Positions 38,801-46,282 of a DNA stretch of 64,000 nt are shown piece by piece. Within the stretch, counting starts at the first letter, position 1. Every line of letters starts with the position of its first letter. Position numbers and translations under genes: made by a program. Source of the stretch: Bacillota bacterium (GTDB lineage Bacteria; Bacillota; Clostridia; Christensenellales; UMGS416); NCBI GenBank assembly GCA_023410875.1, contig JAEYPH010000043.1, forward strand, positions 19,096 through 83,095, given 5' to 3'. The notes beneath the pieces are model-generated. The model was not told the origin of the DNA and did not search any database. It saw only the letters and a list, made by a program, of their open reading frames with translations.

Positions 38801-39158
38801 GGGCGGAAAAGCCCGGATAGCCCAGCACAGAGCGGAAGGCTTTGAGTTCGTCGGCGATGGGCAGAGAGGCTTGCCGCAGCGCCATGGCCAGGCCGCTGTC
38901 ATCTATCACGGCGCTTCTATCCTGGGACACCTGGGCGAACACATCGCTGGCAAGCTTGGCGGGGCTCACAACCCGTGCCTGCATGATGCCCCTGGCCTGC
39001 AGATGGGCGATGAGCGCCTGCTCGGCCTGCAGCGTGGCCTGCTCGGGCACCACGAGGTACACAGGCTTGTCGCTGCGGGCGATGTCCTGCTTGATGTGCT
39101 CATAGACCCATGTGGATTTGCCGCAGGCCCCCCGCCCGGCCACAATGCGCAGTTGCAA
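35814..39158 (-). CDS. addB: Helicase-nuclease AddAB, subunit AddB
   Basis: 1114 aa. N-terminus is MQLRIVAGRGACGKST. The C-terminal nuclease/Fe-S region is IDYKSG...CESCAYGALCRF. The start codon is TTG at 39158 after an AAGGAGACGG RBS. It overlaps addA by 26 nt. Confidence 0.93.
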   Translation of the reverse strand: MQLRIVAGRGACGKSTWVYEHIKQDIARSDKPVYLVVPEQATLQAEQALIAHLQARGIMQARVVSPAKLASDVFAQVSQDRSAVIDDSGLAMALRQASLPIADELKAFRSVLGYPGFSAQMVQLLRGFRQFDVTADDLLAKTAGLTGTLRAKAEDIAAISRQYDDYLASRRFTDEDSRFNRFIERISEAGFLQGCPFYFDGFDYLSPQQCRMIQQLLAVGGVVTLTQDFDTEDAADGELFHCSRDNVARLTELVRDMGAAVQWVRLRRDDRMQPMPPDIAHLEHTLFAHPADSAQWQGDVMLCRAEDAVEEVEAAAAWILGKTRADSSLHWRQFAVQCADPRAYGPLIERVFGQYDIPVFIDRRREVLRHPAVRFVLSLIKVLEQQFRNADVLRLVKTGCLKFHPADEDILEVYLTAFAPRGMRAWSRDWVKGQGEYDLPALNRMRRAVHDLAAALQKHAGGRTATADRWARAVYAVLEGLRLDEALDEQAAILKRTGLLEEAAVTERVWNAILDVLDQLSLIIDDQPLDAGQLHAILQSGFASMEVGILPTGVDQVQAGNLGRVRLGDVRHMLILGAGEGMLEPKAEGGILSERDLDTLLTLGVNAGQSSQVKDAQRRFELYKTVTKGSASLYVSYAASTAAGAEAEPDATFRRMAQLLNLQPEDIVAAADLRDATPSAAAEYPRLPARLRAIAEGLRPTAGQLERLRWYLESPGYAERVQRLLRELQDGEEAEYLPAAALTLNAASVTASQLESFHACPFRHFVDFGLRPEEWRQRGLERAVAGIFLHAALEGFARQALPLCGDAAALKEQAPALMRAQTTALAQEFQYGLLQSDARLRWTGANLQRVCALAAETFAAQMAQGAFVPYSQEVRFGRGGIPAAALPTEDRQAFLQGRIDRLDVLRGEGADLLRVIDYKSGAYDIDVAKAVNGLNVQTWLYLWALCGVWGGVKGRPAVPAAAYIFPLIDPWVDEGEPDAQRREKLRLKGWCLNADGIPAAMDNATENGRSLLYNFNTQRGSGLLEPPVGKAVLDMVAEHAARAVGEMRRGCVATRPWRAGKSIACESCAYGALCRFELADPKKYRELLTKDEAMLKIDERIKGRADDALDGSAE

Positions 39159-39251
39159 GGCTCCGTCTCCTTATGCTTCCATATAGAGACATGATAACAC
39201 ATATGATGTGCCGTTTCATGCTTTCTACATTATGCTCTGGTACTTTGGGGT

Positions 39252-39569
39252 GGGGTTTCGCATCAGCGGATGCGACCAAAGGGCTTTCCGGTCGCCCTTT
39301 GGAAACCTTCGGCACCCATTTTTGGAAGGGGTAATCTAAATGCTTGTGTAGTGCAAGGGTCTGCCTTCGCTGCGGTGTCCAATAAACCCTCACCCGCACC
39401 CTCCCTCAAAGGGGGAGGGACTATTTTGTATATTACCCCTCCCCCTTTGGGGGAGGGGTTGGGGGTGAGGGTTTACGCGGACGGAAGCCTGTTGCCGACG
39501 ACGGTTCACCCGGCGGAGGCAAACGGTTAATGAGAAAGAATCGCTCGGAAAGACCCCGCCGCAGCGGTC
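39252..39569 (-). repeat. Structured intergenic repeat, copy C (core 39276-39313; extended, with internal insertion)
   Basis: The reverse complement carries GGGTGCCGAAGGTTTCCAAAGGGCGACCGGAAAGCCCTTTGGTCGCATCCGCTGATGCGAAACCCC plus the upstream blocks shared with copy B. It is interrupted by the 39384-39474 palindrome. Confidence 0.85.
39384..39474. repeat. Nested G/C-tract palindrome (three-helix cruciform/cloverleaf potential)
   Basis: Outer arms are AAACCCTCACCC and GGGTGAGGGTTT. They enclose two hairpins: CCCTCCC-TCAAAGG-GGGAGGG and CCCCTCCCCC-TTT-GGGGGAGGGG. Confidence 0.8.
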
Positions 39570-39608
39570 TTCGTTCTTGAAAAGTAGGTATGAGACGAAC
39601 ACCAAAAG

Positions 39609-39638
39609 GCCCGCCGGCGACGGTTATCGCCGGCGGGC
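39609..39638 (-). terminator. Rho-independent terminator (second of two downstream of the 39860..40516 gene)
   Basis: GCCCGCCGGCGA-(6 nt)-TCGCCGGCGGGC, followed on the minus strand by CTTTTGG. Confidence 0.65.
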
Positions 39639-39700
39639 AAACAAACGCAAAGGACAAGCCGTCTGAATCGCCGGCAATCCCGCAGATCGCCGGCGAATAA

Positions 39701-39736
39701 AACACACCGGCGATGCGTAAGCGTCGCCGGTGTGTT
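39701..39736. terminator. Rho-independent terminator (bidirectional shape) downstream of the 39860..40516 gene
   Basis: AACACACCGGCGA-(10 nt)-TCGCCGGTGTGTT. The minus strand is followed by TTATTCG and the plus strand by TTGG. Confidence 0.65.
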
Positions 39737-39859
39737 TTGGGGAGAGGAGAATTTGAAGGAAGAACGATGCGTAAGACCCCGGGTGCAGTGCCTTCGACCG
39801 CTCCGCCGCTTCCTGCACTCTCATCGTTGCCATCTTTACCAGAGTTTATACATGGATTT

Positions 39860-40516
39860 TTATCTGCGGGTGGGTTTTTTTCGCATCTGCGCCTTTTTCT
39901 TGTCATCTTGCACGCGTTGGGCTTTTCGGCTCTTGTTGCGCTCGATGATAACCTCCATGCGCGCCTGCTGCACAGGCCCGTTGCGATAGCCCAGGCCCGC
40001 CACCGCCGAATAGATCAGCGGGAACAGCAGAAACAGCCATGGCAGCGAATTCGGGAATGACTCAAACACCTGCAGATACATGACGTTCCAGCCGCGGAGG
40101 ATGGGAACGAGCACAGCATCGATCGTGCTGCCGGCCATGCCCGCAAAACCCGCTACCAGCGCCAGCACGAAGAAGGGCGACTGCGCCGCGAAGCCCGCCG
40201 CGAAGCCCAGCCATCCCATATACTGGATCTTATCATCCGGAGTGGGGATATATCCCTCCTGCGCCATCTTGCGCTTGAGGAACTTGTCCTTCTGCACGTC
40301 CTTCTGGCCCACGCCGGTCGTATCAAACCACACGATGACCAGCATGATCACGGCGAATATCGCCGTGATGAACCATTGATACAGCGCGACATCCTTCAGA
40401 AAGCCGGTCAGCGGCAGCATCACAAACAGCGCGACCAGCATGACAAGCAGATTGGCCGACAGCAGCCGCACCGCAAGAGTAGCAATTCGTTTGGCCATGT
40501 TTTTATTTTCCCCCAT
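39860..40516 (-). CDS. Hypothetical polytopic membrane protein with Lys/Arg-rich C-terminal tail
   Basis: 218 aa with about 5 predicted TM helices. The C-terminus is ERNKSRKAQRVQDDKKKAQMRKKPTRR. I recognise no family. Confidence 0.55.
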   Translation of the reverse strand: MGENKNMAKRIATLAVRLLSANLLVMLVALFVMLPLTGFLKDVALYQWFITAIFAVIMLVIVWFDTTGVGQKDVQKDKFLKRKMAQEGYIPTPDDKIQYMGWLGFAAGFAAQSPFFVLALVAGFAGMAGSTIDAVLVPILRGWNVMYLQVFESFPNSLPWLFLLFPLIYSAVAGLGYRNGPVQQARMEVIIERNKSRKAQRVQDDKKKAQMRKKPTRR

Positions 40517-41090
40517 CCTGACAATTCAGTAAGGCATCCTCTGTGGCAATCCAGTGCACGGGAACGTCATAGGTCCGGTGGCACGCGTCGGGCACCAGCT
40601 GCAGTGCGTAGGCCGGCGCGATCAGCGCGCTGCGGTCCCGGTAGCCGGCCAGCAGCCGGTCATAGTAGCCCTTGCCGTAGCCAATGCGCCAACCCTGGCG
40701 GTCATAGGCCACGCCGGGCACCAGTATCACGTCGATGGGCTGACCGGCGCAGTCCGGCCCATCGGCGCAGGGCTCCATCAGGCCGAAGACGCCGGGGGCC
40801 ACGTCGCGCTCCAGGTCCTCCACGGGCAGCAATTGCAGCGTACAATTGGGTGCGCAGCGTGGCAGCAAACAGCGCCGTCCGTCCTCAAGCGCCTGCCGCA
40901 GCAGCGGCAGCACATCCACCTCGCAACGGGTGGGCATGTAGAACAGCACAGTGCGAGCGGTGTGCCAGGCCGGCATGGCCCGGATGCGTCCAGCGATGGC
41001 CGCTGACTTTTGTGACCGCTTTTCTTCGGGCATCGCCCGTCGTGCAGAAAGCACTTGTGCGCGAATGGCGGCCTTTTCCGGCTCAGGCAT
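40503..41090 (-). CDS. 5-formyltetrahydrofolate cyclo-ligase
   Basis: 195 aa. ...VLFYMPTRCEVDVLPLL...ILVPGVAYDRQGWRIGYGKGYYDRLL are the MTHFS family signature blocks. Confidence 0.85.
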   Translation of the reverse strand: MPEPEKAAIRAQVLSARRAMPEEKRSQKSAAIAGRIRAMPAWHTARTVLFYMPTRCEVDVLPLLRQALEDGRRCLLPRCAPNCTLQLLPVEDLERDVAPGVFGLMEPCADGPDCAGQPIDVILVPGVAYDRQGWRIGYGKGYYDRLLAGYRDRSALIAPAYALQLVPDACHRTYDVPVHWIATEDALLNCQDGGK

Positions 41091-42192
41091 CGATGTATTC
41101 GCGCTTGACGCGTTCGCCGATGTTCGTGATGATCTCGTAGTTGATCGTGTCGGTCAGGTCGGCCAGCTCCTCGGCGGTGATCTGCTCGTCACCCTGACGG
41201 CCCAGCATCACAGCTTCGTCACCGGTGGTCACACCGGGGATGTCGGTCACGTCGGCCATCAGGTGGTCCATGCACACGCGGCCCACGACCGGCGCACGCC
41301 GCCCGCCGATGAGCACATGGGAGCGGTTGCCCAGGCTGCGGCGGTAGCCGTCGGCATAGCCCACGGGCAGTGTCGCGATGAGGCGGTCGCCGTGGGCGGT
41401 CCAGATACGGCCGTAGCTCACGGTCTCGCCATCGGGCACGGTTTTGACCTGCACGACGTTGGTCTTCCACTCCAGCGCCGGGCGCAATGCGTCCGGGTGC
41501 TCCCCGTTGGGGTGCAGGCCGTACATCGCGATGCCCACGCGCACCATGTCCAGATGGGCGAAGGGGCAATCCAGCGCGCCGCCGGAATTGCTGATGTGGG
41601 TCGTGGGATGGAAGCCGTTGGCGTGCAGCTGCTCCATAGCCCGCTGAAAGCGCTCGTATTGTGCGATCGTGAAACTCTTGTCGGGGATCTCCGACACGGC
41701 AAAATGGCTGAAGGCCCCGGCGATGTGCACCGAGGGCGATCCTTTGACGCAATCCAGCAGCCGCTGTAGTTCTTCGCCGGGGCGCACGCCCAGGCGGTTC
41801 ATGCCGGTCTCGATCTTCAGGTGGATGGACACCTTCTTGCCGATCTGCTCGCAGCGGGCCTGCAGCGCCTCGATCATCTCGCAGGAATACACGGTCTGCA
41901 GCAGGTCGTATTCCACGGCGATGTTGGCTTGCTGGGGCAATGTGCCGCCCAGCACGAGGATGGGGATTGTAACGCCGGTCTTGCGCAGCTCAGCGCCCTC
42001 CACGGCCATGGCAACACCCAGGCAGGCAGCGCCGCCCTGTATGGCCGCGTGGGCCACCGGGCCTAGGCCGTGGCCGTAGGCGTTGGCCTTCACGACAGCC
42101 AATATGCCGGTCTGCTCGGGCAGCATAGCCTTGATGGCGCGCAGATTTTGTTTGATGGCGCCCAGGTCCACGATGGTTCGCGTAATATTCAT
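41083..42192 (-). CDS. alr: Alanine racemase
   Basis: 369 aa. PLP-lysine motif is VVKANAYGHG. The C-terminal block is VGYADGYRRSL...GRVCMD. Confidence 0.95.
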   Translation of the reverse strand: MNITRTIVDLGAIKQNLRAIKAMLPEQTGILAVVKANAYGHGLGPVAHAAIQGGAACLGVAMAVEGAELRKTGVTIPILVLGGTLPQQANIAVEYDLLQTVYSCEMIEALQARCEQIGKKVSIHLKIETGMNRLGVRPGEELQRLLDCVKGSPSVHIAGAFSHFAVSEIPDKSFTIAQYERFQRAMEQLHANGFHPTTHISNSGGALDCPFAHLDMVRVGIAMYGLHPNGEHPDALRPALEWKTNVVQVKTVPDGETVSYGRIWTAHGDRLIATLPVGYADGYRRSLGNRSHVLIGGRRAPVVGRVCMDHLMADVTDIPGVTTGDEAVMLGRQGDEQITAEELADLTDTINYEIITNIGERVKREYIDA

Positions 42193-42611
42193 ACCAACTC
42201 GTCCTGATGAAGCAGCTTCATGCCGGCGTTTTCCAGACAGGCCACGGCCGCAGGCGCGTCATCCACCTTCAGCAGGATCAGCGCGCTCTGGGTGGGCTTG
42301 CGCACGAAGGAGTACAGATATTCCACACCGACGCCAGCCTCGTTGAGGGCGGCCAGCGCGTCGGCCAGGCCGCCGGGGTGGTCCGGCACGGCGATGGCCA
42401 GCAACTCCGTCAGGTTGACGGTATAGCCCTCAGCGCGCAATGCCGCGAGAGCCTTGTCATAATCGGTAACGATGGCGCGCAGGATGCCGAAGCTGGTCGT
42501 GTCGGCGATGGACAGATGCTGCAGGTCCACGCCGGCCTCGCCCAGCACGCGGGTCACATGGGCCAGGCGGCCCTTGGAATTCTCGATGAAAACGGAGAGC
42601 TGCTTTACCAT
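42189..42611 (-). CDS. ACT-domain protein (tandem ACT; paaK/ior-associated)
   Basis: MVKQLSVFIENSKGRLAHVTRVLGEAGVDLQHLSIADTTSFGILRAIV. An AGGAGG RBS precedes it. I used the internal Met11 of ORF 42189..42641. Confidence 0.8.
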   Translation of the reverse strand: MVKQLSVFIENSKGRLAHVTRVLGEAGVDLQHLSIADTTSFGILRAIVTDYDKALAALRAEGYTVNLTELLAIAVPDHPGGLADALAALNEAGVGVEYLYSFVRKPTQSALILLKVDDAPAAVACLENAGMKLLHQDELV

Positions 42612-42653
42612 GGCTGTACCTCCTGTGTCAAAGGTTTCCATGTCTGTTTCAGT

Positions 42654-43958
42654 TTAGGAATCGGCGTTTCGCTTGTCAAGCACTCTTTTGGCTTTGCCCT
42701 GGCTGCGCTCGATGGTCTTGGGTTCTACGAGCTTCACGGTCACGTTCACGCCCAGCACCGATTCGATGTCGGCTGTGATACGGGCGCGGGCTTCCTCGAT
42801 CTGGCGCACGGTGTCGGAGAACAGCCGCTCGGACATCTCCACCCACACCTCCAGCACGTCCATGTTGTTGACGCGGTCCACGACGATCAGATAGTGGGGC
42901 TCCACGTCGGCGTAGTTGGCCAGCACGCTCTCCACCTGGGTCGGGAACACGTTGACGCCGCGTATGATCAGCATGTCGTCGGAGCGGCCCAGGATGCGGC
43001 CCATGCGCACATGGGTGCGCCCGCAGGGGCACGGAGACTCGTCCAGGTAGGTCAGGTCCCTCGTGCGGTACCGGATCATCGGTATACCTTCTTTGGTGAT
43101 CGTCGTGAACACGAGCTCGCCCTTTTCGCCGGGGGCCACGGGCTGCAGCGTCATTGGGTCCACGATCTCGGGGATGAAGTGGTCCTCGAAGATATGCAGG
43201 CCGTTCTGCTGCTGGCATTCGATGGCCACGCCGGGGCCGATGATCTCGCTCAAGCCGTAGATATCCATGGCGCGGATGCCCAGACGCTGCTCGATCTGCC
43301 GGCGCATGCCCTCGGTCCAAGGCTCGGCGCCAAACACGCCGGTGCGCAGCTTGAGCTCGCTCAAGTCGATGCCTTCCTCGGCCAGCGCCTCGGCCAGGAA
43401 CAACGCGTAGCTGGGCGTGCAGGCCAGCAGCGTCGTGCCGAAGTCCTTCATCAGCATGACCTGCCGCTTGGTGTTGCCGCCGGAAATCGGGATCACCGTG
43501 GCCCCCAGCCGCTCGGCGCCGTAGTGCACGCCCAGGCCGCCGGTGAAAAGGCCGTAGCCGTAAGCGATCTGTATGACGCTGTGCTTGTCCGCACCAGCGG
43601 CCATGAGGCACCGGGCGATGAGCTCGCTCCACGTGGCGATGTCGCCCTGAGTGTAGCCCACGACGGTGGGCTTGCCGGTGGTGCCCGAAGACGCGTGGAT
43701 GCGCACGATCTCGCTCTGGGGCACGGCGAACAGGCCGAACGGGTAGTTGTCGCGCAGGTCCTGCTTGGTTGTAAAGGGCAGGCGGCTCAGGTCGGCAAGC
43801 GTGCGGATGTCGCCGGGCAGCACGCCGGCGCGCTGCATGCGGGCGCGGTAGAAGGGAACATTCTGATAGACGTGGTTGACGGTGCGCTGCAGCCGGTCCA
43901 GCTTGAGCCGCTCCAGCTCCTCGCGATCCATGCACTCGTAGGTGCTATTCCACACCAT
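42654..43958 (-). CDS. paaK: Phenylacetate-CoA ligase family (PaaK-like), copy 1
   Basis: 434 aa. ...[20 protein letters not shown]...[17 protein letters not shown]...[11 protein letters not shown]... Confidence 0.9.
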   Translation of the reverse strand: MVWNSTYECMDREELERLKLDRLQRTVNHVYQNVPFYRARMQRAGVLPGDIRTLADLSRLPFTTKQDLRDNYPFGLFAVPQSEIVRIHASSGTTGKPTVVGYTQGDIATWSELIARCLMAAGADKHSVIQIAYGYGLFTGGLGVHYGAERLGATVIPISGGNTKRQVMLMKDFGTTLLACTPSYALFLAEALAEEGIDLSELKLRTGVFGAEPWTEGMRRQIEQRLGIRAMDIYGLSEIIGPGVAIECQQQNGLHIFEDHFIPEIVDPMTLQPVAPGEKGELVFTTITKEGIPMIRYRTRDLTYLDESPCPCGRTHVRMGRILGRSDDMLIIRGVNVFPTQVESVLANYADVEPHYLIVVDRVNNMDVLEVWVEMSERLFSDTVRQIEEARARITADIESVLGVNVTVKLVEPKTIERSQGKAKRVLDKRNADS

Positions 43959-44532
43959 CGGTCCCCCGCCTCCCCTCCTGGAACGCCTTGAGGTTGACGT
44001 CCAGCAGCTTGGCCGGCACGCTGCAGGTGATGGCGTCCAGCCACAGCGCCTCGTCGATATCCATGCTGCGGCTCAGAAGCCCCAGCATCACCGTGTTGAC
44101 GGCCTTTGTGTTGCCGGCGCGCTGGGCCAGCGCCAGCGCGTCGATGGCCTGCACATGGGCGTCGCGGGCCGCAAGCGCAGCGACGACGTCCTGCGGGTAG
44201 GGCTGCTTGCCCATGATGACCGGCATGGGCAGGATGCGCTGGGTGTTGAGCAGGATGGCGCCGCCGGGCCGCACGTTGGGCGCGTAACGCAGCGCTTCCA
44301 GCTGCTCAAAGGCCAGCAGCACGTCGGCCTCGCCGGCCTCTATGATCGGCGTGTGCACGGTGTCGGCCATCTTGACATAGGTTACGACCGAACCGCCGCG
44401 CTGGGCCATGCCGTGCACTTCGGATACTTTGATGTCGCAGCCGGCCGCTTGGGCCAGCGCGCCTAGCACGCGGCTGGCCAGCAATGTACCCTGGCCGCCC
44501 ACGCCGGCGATGAGGATGTTCCAGCTCTTCAT
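43945..44532 (-). CDS. iorB: Indolepyruvate:ferredoxin oxidoreductase subunit beta
   Basis: [24 protein letters not shown]...[19 protein letters not shown] used the internal Met50 of ORF 43945..44679, which lies 2 nt after the iorA stop. Confidence 0.9.
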   Translation of the reverse strand: MKSWNILIAGVGGQGTLLASRVLGALAQAAGCDIKVSEVHGMAQRGGSVVTYVKMADTVHTPIIEAGEADVLLAFEQLEALRYAPNVRPGGAILLNTQRILPMPVIMGKQPYPQDVVAALAARDAHVQAIDALALAQRAGNTKAVNTVMLGLLSRSMDIDEALWLDAITCSVPAKLLDVNLKAFQEGRRGTDGVE

Positions 44533-44534
44533 GT

Positions 44535-46262
44535 TCAGCCTTCCTCCTTCCCGATGGCACCAAAGGGACACACCGAGGCGCACAGACCGCAACCGTTGCA
44601 CAGCTCGGCGTTGATCGCTACGCCGCCGGTGGCCGTGGATTCGATGGCCGGGCAGCCCAGGCGCATGCAGCGCTTGCATTTACGGCACACCTCGGAGTTC
44701 ACGCGGTAGCGCGGCTTTTTTTGCAGGCCGGGCAGCAGCGCGCAGGGGCTGCGGAAGATGACGACCGAGGGGCCCTGGAAGGCCAGCGAATCCTTGAGCG
44801 CAGCCTCGGAAGCCTTGATATCGAAGGGGTCCGCGACCTTTAAATCCTTGACGCCGATGCTGCGGCACAGGCCTTCCAAGTCCAGTATCGCGGCGTCGGC
44901 GCCTTTGAGCGTCTTGCCGGTGGCCGGGTTGTGCTGGTGGCCGGTCATCGCCGTGATGGAATTATCGAGGATCGCCACGGTGATGGCGCTGTCGTTGTAC
45001 ACGGCGTTGATGAGCCCGGTGATGCCGGAATGGATTAACGTGGAATCGCCCAGCACGGCCACAACCTTGCCGCTGCGGCCCCTGGCCTTCTCCATGCCAT
45101 GGGCCATGCCGATGGAGGCGCCCATGCACAGGCAGGAATCCATGGCCGCCAGCGGCTCCAGCGCCGAAAGCGTGTAGCAGCCGATGTCGCCGGTCACGGT
45201 CAGGCCCAGCTTGTTGAAGATATGGAACGTGCCGCGATGAGGGCAGCCGGGGCACAGCACCGGTGGGCGGATGGGCAGCTCATGGGCGGCAATCTCCGGC
45301 GCTGCTTGGCCGGCCAGTTTTTCCGCGACGATATGCGCGCCCAGCTCGCCCTGCACGCCGAAGAACTCCTTGCCCACGCACGGGATGCCGGCAGCCTTGA
45401 GCGCATCCTCCAGAAAGGACTCCAGCTCTTCGACGACGTAGAGCGTCTCATAGCCCTGGGCAAACTCCCGCAGCGCCTCCATGGGCAGCGGATACACGAG
45501 GCCCAGCTTGAACACATCGGCATCGGGCAGCGCGTCGCGCACATATTGATAGCTGATGCCGCTGGTGACGATGCCCATCTTGCCGCCCCGGCGCTCCACG
45601 CGGTTGATGTCCAGCGTGTTGGCGTCCTGCGACATCCGGTTCATGCGCGCTTCCACGACCAGATGGCGCTTGCGGGCCATGGCCGGCATCATGACGTTTT
45701 TCATAATGTCGCGCTTGTAGGGCTTCACGGCGTATGCCGCGCGCTCGCCAACCTCCGCCAGCGTGCGGGCGTGGGCCACGCGGGTCGTCAGCCGCAGGAT
45801 GACAGGCGTGTCATAGCGCTCGCTCAATTCATAGGCCAGCTTGGTGAACTGCAGGCACTCGTCGCTGTCCGCCGGTTCCAGCACCGGCACCAGCGCCGCC
45901 CGGGCAATGAGGCGGGTGTCCTGCTCGTTCTGGGATGAATTCATGCCGGGGTCGTCGGCCACGACGACGACCAGGCCGCCGTTCACGCCGCTGTAGGACG
46001 CGGTGAACAGCGGGTCCGCGGCCACATTGAGGCCCACGTGCTTCATAGCCGCTATGGCTCGGGCGCCGCCCATGCTGGCCCCCACGGCCACCTCCAGCGC
46101 GACCTTCTCGTTGGGCGCCCACTCAGCGTAGAGTTCGTCATACTTGGCCAAGTTCTCGGTGATCTCGGTGCTGGGCGTGCCCGGATAGGCCGACGCCACG
46201 GTGACGCCCGCCTCCCAAGCGCCCCGCGCCACTGCCTCGTTGCCCAGGTACAGTTGTTTCAA
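44535..46262 (-). CDS. iorA: Indolepyruvate:ferredoxin oxidoreductase subunit alpha
   Basis: 575 aa. N-terminus is MKQLYLGNEAVARGAWEAGV. The TPP motif region is GDIGCYTL...GDSTLIHSG. The C-terminal 2x[4Fe-4S] region is CRKCKRCMRLGCP, CNGCGLCASVCP. Confidence 0.93.
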   Translation of the reverse strand: MKQLYLGNEAVARGAWEAGVTVASAYPGTPSTEITENLAKYDELYAEWAPNEKVALEVAVGASMGGARAIAAMKHVGLNVAADPLFTASYSGVNGGLVVVVADDPGMNSSQNEQDTRLIARAALVPVLEPADSDECLQFTKLAYELSERYDTPVILRLTTRVAHARTLAEVGERAAYAVKPYKRDIMKNVMMPAMARKRHLVVEARMNRMSQDANTLDINRVERRGGKMGIVTSGISYQYVRDALPDADVFKLGLVYPLPMEALREFAQGYETLYVVEELESFLEDALKAAGIPCVGKEFFGVQGELGAHIVAEKLAGQAAPEIAAHELPIRPPVLCPGCPHRGTFHIFNKLGLTVTGDIGCYTLSALEPLAAMDSCLCMGASIGMAHGMEKARGRSGKVVAVLGDSTLIHSGITGLINAVYNDSAITVAILDNSITAMTGHQHNPATGKTLKGADAAILDLEGLCRSIGVKDLKVADPFDIKASEAALKDSLAFQGPSVVIFRSPCALLPGLQKKPRYRVNSEVCRKCKRCMRLGCPAIESTATGGVAINAELCNGCGLCASVCPFGAIGKEEG

Positions 46263-46282
46263 AAGCCTTCCCTACCCTTCCT

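Noticed and set aside
39433-39906. 157-aa minus-strand ORF in the addB upstream gap, overlapping the 3' end of the 39860..40516 membrane-protein gene by about 47 nt
   Set aside because: It runs through two intrinsic terminators, the nested palindrome and the repeat. Its sequence is Pro/Arg/Gly-rich and low complexity, and it has no RBS.
42207-43991. 594-aa plus-strand ORF antisense to the ACT gene and paaK. The same class includes 56087..58117, 37782..39194, 34268..35857, 48544..49959, 5909..7180, 45099..45938, 50045..50929 and 51823..52911.
   Set aside because: All of these lie opposite confidently identified genes and show the same shadow-ORF composition. None has an RBS or a family signature.
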